Below are positions 57,757 to 64,000 of a stretch of DNA of 64,000 bases, in pieces. Positions within the stretch are counted from its first letter, which is position 1, and each line of letters begins with the position of its first letter. The position numbers were made by a program, and so were the translations under genes. The DNA is from Isoptericola halotolerans. GTDB lineage: Bacteria > Actinomycetota > Actinomycetes > Actinomycetales > Cellulomonadaceae. The DNA is taken from NCBI RefSeq assembly GCF_013149785.1, contig NZ_JABEZU010000001.1:1550001-1614000 (forward strand). The letters run 5' to 3'. Below the pieces are notes generated by a model that did no database searches, had not been told where the DNA came from, and worked only from the letters and a program-made list of their open reading frames with translations.

Positions 57757-58281
57757 GTGCCCATCCACCCTGAACCCGACCTGCCCGAGGTCCCCGACGA
57801 CCTCGAGATCCCGGACGACCTGTCCGGGCTGAGCGGGTCGCAGGACCCGGACATCGCGGTGCTCATCACCCAGGTGGCGGCGGCCGAGCCGCTGGCCGCC
57901 GCCTGCGTGCTCGCCGACGTGGAGGTCGACGCCGTCCCGACGCCCGTCGGGGCGCTCGCGGTGCTGCGTGACCGCGCGGACGACGCGCCCCGCCGCGCCG
58001 CGGAGACGATCTCCCAGCTGGTCACCGGTGTGCCCCTGATCCTCGTCACACGCCACGGCGAACAGCTCACCTGCCGCCGCTTCGCCGACGGCGTCGAGGA
58101 CGGTGAGCTGCCGGCCGGCCTCGTGCTCGGCGGGGCCCCCGACGCCCTCGAGGACCTGCTGACCGGTCACGTGACGCTCGACGACCTGCCCGGTGTCGTG
58201 CCCTCGTCGGGCATCGGACGCCTGAAGGCCGTGCGGATGCTGTCCCAGGTCTCCCGCAAGGCACGGAGGAAGAAGGGATGA
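57757..58281 (+). CDS. Hypothetical protein inside the his operon
   Basis: Fills the hisB-hisH gap exactly (1 nt after hisB stop, ATGA overlap with hisH); GC-rich third positions. Confidence 0.75.
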   Translation: MPIHPEPDLPEVPDDLEIPDDLSGLSGSQDPDIAVLITQVAAAEPLAAACVLADVEVDAVPTPVGALAVLRDRADDAPRRAAETISQLVTGVPLILVTRHGEQLTCRRFADGVEDGELPAGLVLGGAPDALEDLLTGHVTLDDLPGVVPSSGIGRLKAVRMLSQVSRKARRKKG

Positions 58282-59018
58282 CGGAAGCGCCCGACCTGCT
58301 GCCCGACGGCGGCGCCGCGGCCGAGCTCAACGCACGCCCCTCCGCACGGCCCGCAGCGGGCGGCCGTCCGAGGGTCGTGGTGCTCGACTACGGCTTCGGG
58401 AACGTGCGCTCCGCGGTCCGCGCCCTGGAGCGGGTCGGTGCCGACGTCGAGCTCACGGCGGACCGACGCACCGCGATCGAGACCGACGGGCTCGTGGTGC
58501 CCGGGGTGGGCGCGTTCGCCGCGTGCATGGAAGGACTGCGTGCCGTCGGCGGTGACCAGGTCGTCGACCGTCGCCTCGCCGGGGGGCGGCCGGTCCTGGG
58601 CGTCTGCGTCGGCATGCAGGTGATGTTCGGCGCGGGCGTCGAGCACGGGGTCCGGGCCGACGGGCTGGGCGAGTGGGCCGGCGTCGTCGACCGGCTCGAG
58701 GCGCCGGTGGTCCCCCACATGGGCTGGTCCGCCGTCGAGCCCGCGGAAGGCTCCACGCTCTTCCGGGGCGTCGAGCACGAGCGCTTCTACTTCGTGCACT
58801 CCTACGCCGCGCAGACCTTCACCCAGGGCCACGACGACGCGGCGGACCCGCGGTACACGCCGCCACGCGTCACCTGGGCGTCGCACGGCCCGGAAGGTTC
58901 AGCGGCTCGGTTCGTCGCGGCCGTCGAGGACGGCCCGCTGTCCGCCACGCAGTTCCACCCCGAGAAGTCCGGCGACGCCGGCGCCACCCTGCTCGAGAAC
59001 TGGGTGCGGTCGCTCTGA
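58278..59018 (+). CDS. hisH: Imidazole glycerol phosphate synthase glutaminase subunit
   Basis: DYGFGN, PGVGAF, GVCVGMQ, PHMGW, YFVHSY, QFHPEKS. Confidence 0.97.
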   Translation: MTEAPDLLPDGGAAAELNARPSARPAAGGRPRVVVLDYGFGNVRSAVRALERVGADVELTADRRTAIETDGLVVPGVGAFAACMEGLRAVGGDQVVDRRLAGGRPVLGVCVGMQVMFGAGVEHGVRADGLGEWAGVVDRLEAPVVPHMGWSAVEPAEGSTLFRGVEHERFYFVHSYAAQTFTQGHDDAADPRYTPPRVTWASHGPEGSAARFVAAVEDGPLSATQFHPEKSGDAGATLLENWVRSL

Positions 59019-59062
59019 GGCGACCCCGCACCCACCCCGCCACACGACTGGAGACCTGACGC

Positions 59063-59794
59063 ATGACCGAACGACTCGTGCTGCTGCCCGCCGTCGACGT
59101 CGCCGACGGCCAGGCCGTCCGCCTCGTCCAGGGCGAGGCCGGATCGGAGACCTCGTACGGCGACCCGCGCGCCGCCGCGCTCGACTGGCAGGCCGGAGGT
59201 GCCGAGTGGATCCACCTGGTGGACCTCGACGCCGCGTTCGGTCGCGGCTCGAACGCCGAGCTCCTCGCGAGCGTCGTGGCGGAGGTCGACGTGCAGGTCG
59301 AGCTCTCCGGCGGCATCCGGGACGACGCCTCGCTGGAGCGTGCGCTCGCCACGGGTGCCCGGCGGGTCAACATCGGCACGGCCGCGCTCGAGGACCCGGA
59401 GTGGACCGCCCGTGTCATCGCCGAGCACGGGGACAAGGTCGCCGTGGGCCTGGACGTGCGGGGGACCACCCTCGCCGCTCGCGGCTGGACGCAGGAGGGC
59501 GGCGACCTGTGGGAGGTCCTCGCCCGTCTCGACGACGCCGGGTGCGCCCGCTACGTCGTCACCGACGTCACCAAGGACGGCACGCTGCGGGGGCCGAACG
59601 TCGAGCTGCTGCGCGAGGTCGCCGCACGCACCCCCGCCAAGGTGGTGGCCTCCGGGGGCATCTCGTCGCTGGCGGACCTCGAGGTGCTGCGCGGGCTCAC
59701 CGGCGACGGCGTCGAGGGCGCTGTGGTGGGCAAGGCGCTGTACGCGGGCGCGTTCACCCTGCCCGAGGCGCTCGACGTCGCGGGTCGCCCATGA
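59063..59794 (+). CDS. priA: Phosphoribosyl isomerase A (HisA/TrpF bifunctional type)
   Basis: [38 protein letters not shown]. Confidence 0.93.
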   Translation: MTERLVLLPAVDVADGQAVRLVQGEAGSETSYGDPRAAALDWQAGGAEWIHLVDLDAAFGRGSNAELLASVVAEVDVQVELSGGIRDDASLERALATGARRVNIGTAALEDPEWTARVIAEHGDKVAVGLDVRGTTLAARGWTQEGGDLWEVLARLDDAGCARYVVTDVTKDGTLRGPNVELLREVAARTPAKVVASGGISSLADLEVLRGLTGDGVEGAVVGKALYAGAFTLPEALDVAGRP

Positions 59795-60528
59795 GGTCCA
59801 TCCAGCCGACCAGCCAGTTCGCCGGCGACGACGGCTCGGCCGACCCGGAGCTCGCCCGACGCCTCGAGGGCCTGCAGGCGGGCACCACCCCCCTGCGGGA
59901 CGTCGTGGCCCGCCTGGCCGAGACGCGCGTGCTGGTGCCGGTGCTCGCCGAGCTCGAGGCCACCGGCACCGTCTCGCACGACGGTGTCGAGCACACCGTC
60001 GACAAGGAGGCCTCCTCCGGCGTCGTCGCGCTGGAGTCCGCCGACGGCCGCCGCGCCCTGCCGGTCTTCACGTCGGTGGCGGCGATGCAGGCCTGGCGTG
60101 CCGACGCCCGCCCGGTCCCTGTCGAGGCAGCCCGGGCCGCGTTGTCCGCGGTGAACGAGAAGTGGTCGCTGCTCGTCGTCGACCCTGCCGGGCCCGTGAC
60201 GGCGCTCGTGCCACGCCCGGCGGTGTGGGCGCTGGCGCAAGGGGTCGAGTGGCGCCCGGCGCTCGTGGCGACGGACGACGGGATGGAGGTCGACGCCGAG
60301 GTGGCCCGCGCCATCGGCGACGCCGCCGCGCCGGTCCAGCACGTCGTGCGGGCGTCCGCCGAACCCGGTCGCCAGGCCGAGGTGGCTGTCGTGCTGGCGA
60401 TCGATCCTGGTCTGGACCGTGCCGGGCTGGACGTGGTCCTCGGCCAGGTCAACGCCCGCCTCGCTGCGGCGAAGGTCGTCGCCGACCGGGTGGACTCCCT
60501 CGAGCTCCGGATCGGCGCGGCCCGCTGA
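59791..60528 (+). CDS. SseB family protein
   Basis: [39 protein letters not shown]. Confidence 0.85.
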   Translation: MRSIQPTSQFAGDDGSADPELARRLEGLQAGTTPLRDVVARLAETRVLVPVLAELEATGTVSHDGVEHTVDKEASSGVVALESADGRRALPVFTSVAAMQAWRADARPVPVEAARAALSAVNEKWSLLVVDPAGPVTALVPRPAVWALAQGVEWRPALVATDDGMEVDAEVARAIGDAAAPVQHVVRASAEPGRQAEVAVVLAIDPGLDRAGLDVVLGQVNARLAAAKVVADRVDSLELRIGAAR

Positions 60529-60547
60529 CGGACGCCCGCGAGGGTCC

Positions 60548-61282
60548 TCAGCAGGGTTCGAGCGTGGTGAAGGCCGAGGCGTCGTCGAGCATCCCGCGCA
60601 GCGTGGACTGCGGCACCAGCAACGACCGGCCGTCGGTGGTCTTGGCGTAGACGACGCCGATGACGTCGCCGGCCTCGTCGAGAGCGGCAGAGCCCGAGGA
60701 CCCGGGTTCGACCGGGGCGTCCGTGACGAGCACCTCGCCGAGGTTCTCGTGCAGGGGGTCGGTCGTGGTGCCGATGACGCTCCCCGCGGTGACGGTCAGA
60801 CGACCTCCGGCCGGGTAGCCCACGACGGTGACCTCGTCACCCTGCTCGGGGTCGTCGTCGGCGAGCCGTGGGAACGACGGCAGCGGGTCCTCGGTCCGGA
60901 CGACGGCGAGGTCGGCCAACGCGGCCGTGCTCGCTGCCGAGACGTCGAGGTCCCGACCGTCGTACGTGCTCACCTGCAGCGCGGACGAGTCGGCGACGAC
61001 GTGCCGGTTCGTGATGAGCGTGTGCTCGTCGACGGCGAACCCGGAACCGGTCGACAGCGCGTCGCAGCCGACGTTGCGGATGCGTACCGCCATGCGTTGC
61101 ACCGCGTCGAAGCCGTCAGGGGAGAGCTGGTCGGAGCCCTCGGCGGACAGCGACGGCGCCGCGAGGGTGGGGACGATGTCTTCCGGCACGGCGGGCGGCA
61201 TCTCGGGCAGCGCGGCGCACCCACCCAGCAGGAGCCCTGCGGCGGTCGCGGCGACCGCCTGCCGCCACCCGGCAGACCTCAC
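60548..61282 (-). CDS. Trypsin-like (S1) serine protease lipoprotein, no PDZ domain
   Basis: LGGC lipobox, GSGF, TNRHVV (His), DLAVV (Asp), PGSSGS (Ser); GTG overlaps upstream stop. Confidence 0.88.
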   Translation of the reverse strand: MRSAGWRQAVAATAAGLLLGGCAALPEMPPAVPEDIVPTLAAPSLSAEGSDQLSPDGFDAVQRMAVRIRNVGCDALSTGSGFAVDEHTLITNRHVVADSSALQVSTYDGRDLDVSAASTAALADLAVVRTEDPLPSFPRLADDDPEQGDEVTVVGYPAGGRLTVTAGSVIGTTTDPLHENLGEVLVTDAPVEPGSSGSAALDEAGDVIGVVYAKTTDGRSLLVPQSTLRGMLDDASAFTTLEPC

Positions 61283-61878
61283 TGCGCCAGCTCCTGCTGC
61301 AGCTGGGTGTTCGCGTCGTTCGCCTCGTCGCACAGCCCTTCGACATCGGAGGCGAACCGTTCGAGGTCGTCGGGGTCGTACGAGTCGCGGTCCTCGAGGT
61401 AGCCGATGAGCTGCGACTGCGCGGCGGTGCACTGCCCGAGGGCGGTCGCCACGACGCCGGCCGCCTCGCTGACCCTGCGCTGGTAGTCGAGGTACTGCTG
61501 GCTGGCGACGTTCTCGTCACCGAGCTGGGCCTTCTCGTCGGCCAGGTCGGTGATCCGGGCGGTGGCCGTGTCGAGCTGCTCGCGGGCGGCGACCAGCTCG
61601 GCCGTGACCCCGTCGAGCTCCGACCGGAGCACCGCCACCTCTTCGGCGTACGCGTGCGCGTCGCTCTCCCACCGGGCGGCGTGCTCCTCCCAGGCCGTCG
61701 TGGCCTGCCAGAGATAGCCGGCGACGGCGATGGCCCCGAGGAGCAGGAGGGCCAGCACGACGGCCGTGACACGTGCGGCCCGACCGCGGCGACGGCCCGG
61801 CCGCCCCGGGGGTGGCGGCCCGGGGACGGCCTGCCTCGAGGTCGGCGCAGGTTCCCACGGTGCCGAGGACTGCGCCAT
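61279..61878 (-). CDS. Single-TM coiled-coil protein of unknown function
   Basis: Pro/Arg N-terminus, TM, long heptad-rich region, two Cys near the C-terminus. Confidence 0.78.
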   Translation of the reverse strand: MAQSSAPWEPAPTSRQAVPGPPPPGRPGRRRGRAARVTAVVLALLLLGAIAVAGYLWQATTAWEEHAARWESDAHAYAEEVAVLRSELDGVTAELVAAREQLDTATARITDLADEKAQLGDENVASQQYLDYQRRVSEAAGVVATALGQCTAAQSQLIGYLEDRDSYDPDDLERFASDVEGLCDEANDANTQLQQELAQ

Positions 61879-61879
61879 G

Positions 61880-62242
61880 TCAGACGACGGAGCCCGTGTA
61901 CTTCTCGCCGGGGCCCTCGCCGGGCTCGTCGGGGATCACCGAGGCCTCCCGGAAGGCGAGCTGGAGCGACCTGAGGCCGTCCCGCAGGGAGCGGGCGTGC
62001 TGGTTGCCGATGTCCGGGGCGGCAGCGGTCACGAGCGCGGCGAGCGCCGTGATGAGCTTGCGCGCCTCGTCGAGGTCGAGGTGCTCGGCGGAGTCCTCCT
62101 CCGCGAGGCCGCACTTGACGGCCGCGGCACTCATGAGGTGCACGGCGGCGGTGGTGATGACCTCGACGGCCGCGACGTCGGCGATGTCCCGGGTCGCTGC
62201 GCCGGCGTCGGGTGCTGCGCCGGGCTCGGTGGTGTGGCTCAT
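61880..62242 (-). CDS. DUF1844 family protein
   Basis: RDIADV.AVEVI, HLMSAAAVKCGL, DLDEARKLI, LRDGLRSLQLAFREAS, PGEGPGEK. Confidence 0.85.
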   Translation of the reverse strand: MSHTTEPGAAPDAGAATRDIADVAAVEVITTAAVHLMSAAAVKCGLAEEDSAEHLDLDEARKLITALAALVTAAAPDIGNQHARSLRDGLRSLQLAFREASVIPDEPGEGPGEKYTGSVV

Positions 62243-62277
62243 GGGGTCCATCTTGGCACCTCTGCGGCGGACAGATG

Positions 62278-62389
62278 CCCGAGGCCGGGCCCGCGCACGG
62301 CGGGCCCGGCCTCGGGTGGGGGGTTCGCACCGGCGGGGGCCGGTGTCACGGGACGTCTGCCTCAGGCGGCGCTGGTGGCCGCCTGAGGC
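62278..62389. terminator. Hairpin cluster downstream of catalase
   Basis: 17-bp stem 62278-62316 (loop GCACG) and 12-bp stem 62359-62389. Confidence 0.7.
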
Positions 62390-62405
62390 CGCGGTTCCGC
62401 TCCGG

Positions 62406-63857
62406 TCAGGCGGCGGCGACCTCGGTGCGGAGCTTGGCGCCCAGCTCGGCGTCGACGTTGGTCCAGTACTGGAAGAACCGCTCACGGATCTCGGCGATCG
62501 TGATGGCCCGGCCCTGGCCGGTCAGGGTCTCCAGGAAGCGCGCCCTGGCGGCGTCGTCGAAGACCTCGCGGTAGAGCGTGCCGGCCTGGCCGAAGTCGTC
62601 GTCCTCGGAGTGCAGGGTGTAGGCGGAGCGCAGCAGCTCGCCGTCGGTCTCCCAGCTGCCCTCGGAGGCGAGCGCCGGGTCCGCGGCCGGCCCACCGAAC
62701 GAGTTCGGCGTGTAGACGGGGTGCTCGGGGCCGTTGAAGTGGTAAGCCATCGGGCCCTGGTGCATGTAGTTGCTCACCGGGGCGGCGTGCGGCTGGTTCA
62801 CCGGCAGCTGGTTGAAGTTCGCGCCGATGCGGTGGCGGTGCGCGTCGTTGTACGCGAACACGCGGGCCATGAGCATCTTGTCCGGGGAGATGTCCGTGCC
62901 GGGCACCTGGTTGCCGGGGGAGAACGCGGCCTGCTCGATCTCCGCGAAGAAGTTGCGCGGGTTGCGGTTGAGCGTGAACGTCCCGACCTTGATCAGGGGG
63001 TAGTCCGCGTGCGGCCAGACCTTGGTCATGTCGAACGGGTTGAACCGGTAGGTCTTGGCGTCCTCGTACGGCATGACCTGGACCTTGACGTCCCACGAGG
63101 GGTGCTCGCCCCGCTCGATCGCCTCGTACAGGTCGCGGCGGTAGTAGTCGGCGTCCTCGCCGGCGATGCGCTCGGCGTCGGCGGGCGACATGTGCTCCAC
63201 GCCCTGCTGGGAGATGAAGTGGTACTGCACCCAGAACCGCTCGCCGGCGGCGTTGATCCACTGGTAGGTGTGCGAGCCGTAGCCGTTGAGGTGACGCCAG
63301 GACTTCGACAGCCCGCGGTCGCCCATGAGGTAGGTCACCTGGTGGGCCGACTCCGGGGAGAGGGTCCAGAAGTCCCACTGCATGTCGGCGTCGCGCAGGC
63401 CGGAGGCACCGAGCCTCTTCTGCGAGTGGATGAAGTCGGGGAACTTCATCGCGTCGCGCAGGAAGAAGACCGGCGTGTTGTTGCCCACGACGTCGAGGTT
63501 GCCCTCGGTCGTGTAGAAGCGCAGGGCGAAGCCGCGCACGTCGCGCCAGGTGTCGGGCGAACCCTGCTCACCGGCGACGGAGGAGAAGCGCAGGACGGTC
63601 TCGGCCTTGGCCCCCGGCTGGAAGACCGCGGCGGAGGTGTACCGCGAGACGTCCTCGGTCACCTCGAACTCGCCGAAGGCGCCGCCGCCCTTGGCGTGGG
63701 GGTTGCGCTCCGGGACGCGCTCGCGGTTGAAGGAGGCGAGCTTCTCGACCAGGTACCGGTCGTGCAGGACGGTGGGGCCGTCGGGGCCGACGGTGAGGGA
63801 GTACTGGTCGCTGGTGACCGGCGTGCCGGTCTGCGTCGTCGTGAACGGGGTCGTCAT
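62406..63857 (-). CDS. katA: Monofunctional heme catalase, small subunit
   Basis: [52 protein letters not shown]. Confidence 0.96.
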   Translation of the reverse strand: MTTPFTTTQTGTPVTSDQYSLTVGPDGPTVLHDRYLVEKLASFNRERVPERNPHAKGGGAFGEFEVTEDVSRYTSAAVFQPGAKAETVLRFSSVAGEQGSPDTWRDVRGFALRFYTTEGNLDVVGNNTPVFFLRDAMKFPDFIHSQKRLGASGLRDADMQWDFWTLSPESAHQVTYLMGDRGLSKSWRHLNGYGSHTYQWINAAGERFWVQYHFISQQGVEHMSPADAERIAGEDADYYRRDLYEAIERGEHPSWDVKVQVMPYEDAKTYRFNPFDMTKVWPHADYPLIKVGTFTLNRNPRNFFAEIEQAAFSPGNQVPGTDISPDKMLMARVFAYNDAHRHRIGANFNQLPVNQPHAAPVSNYMHQGPMAYHFNGPEHPVYTPNSFGGPAADPALASEGSWETDGELLRSAYTLHSEDDDFGQAGTLYREVFDDAARARFLETLTGQGRAITIAEIRERFFQYWTNVDAELGAKLRTEVAAA

Positions 63858-63895
63858 GGACGTCCTTTCTCGGGGACTTCTGGGGGGTCGGGTGG

Positions 63896-64000
63896 TCAGT
63901 GGGCCGGGGCGCAGGCGGGGCACAGGCCCCAGAACGTCACCTCGGCGAGGTCGACGGCGAAGCCGTGCGTGTCGCCCGGCGTCAGGCAGGGAGAGTGACC
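63896..64000 (-). CDS. Fur-family (FurA/CatR-type) regulator, C-terminal 34 aa (5' end outside window; absent from ORF track)
   Basis: Manual translation [34 protein letters not shown], matching the actinobacterial FurA C-terminus; directly upstream of catalase. Confidence 0.85.
   Translation of the reverse strand, partial: GHSPCLTPGDTHGFAVDLAEVTFWGLCPACAPAH

Noticed and set aside
1..64000. CRISPR array, tRNA or rRNA genes
   Set aside because: Intergenic spaces are short and show no repeat-spacer pattern or tRNA/rRNA signatures by eye; no covariance search was run

Overview
GC-rich actinobacterial core-chromosome segment (gene order and content point to Micrococcales; genus not determinable from sequence alone). 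Gene order: dinG (3' part), ldh, lexA with a divergent LysM gene, nrdR, DUF5302, serA, HelD-family ATPase, a REC-PP2C / histidine kinase / single-domain response regulator trio, PAC2, a cold-shock protein, a spermidine-synthase-like methyltransferase, a SAV_6107 HEPN-dinB operon, DUF3040, moxR-DUF58-transglutaminase, the dcw cluster (mraZ to ftsZ, pgeF, sepF, yggT, divIVA), a DksA/TraR protein, lspA, RluA, LacI, dnaE-Nudix, PPOX, S4, hisD, an intervening block (alpha/beta hydrolase, SWIM-SNF2, RqlH-type RecQ, membrane protein, Rieske lipoprotein), hisC-hisB-orf-hisH-priA-SseB, protease/coiled-coil/DUF1844, catalase and the 3' end of a Fur regulator. I found no tRNA, rRNA, CRISPR array, transposase or integrase. 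The most interesting signals are regulatory: (1) a perfect LexA box over the promoter of a translationally coupled HEPN-dinB pair; (2) PafBC/RecA-NDp-type promoters (TGTCRN-N10-[-10]) on dnaE, SNF2 and rqlH; (3) a second, mirror-image MraZ-box array facing the moxR-DUF58-transglutaminase operon; (4) a one-cysteine, predicted zinc-free DksA homolog; (5) a sensor kinase with almost no extracytoplasmic domain; (6) many leaderless promoters, three of which use the upstream stop codon as part of the -10 element. All calls come from reading the sequence and recalling known families; no database searches were run. Many start codons were moved from the ORF track using RBS, overlap or promoter evidence.
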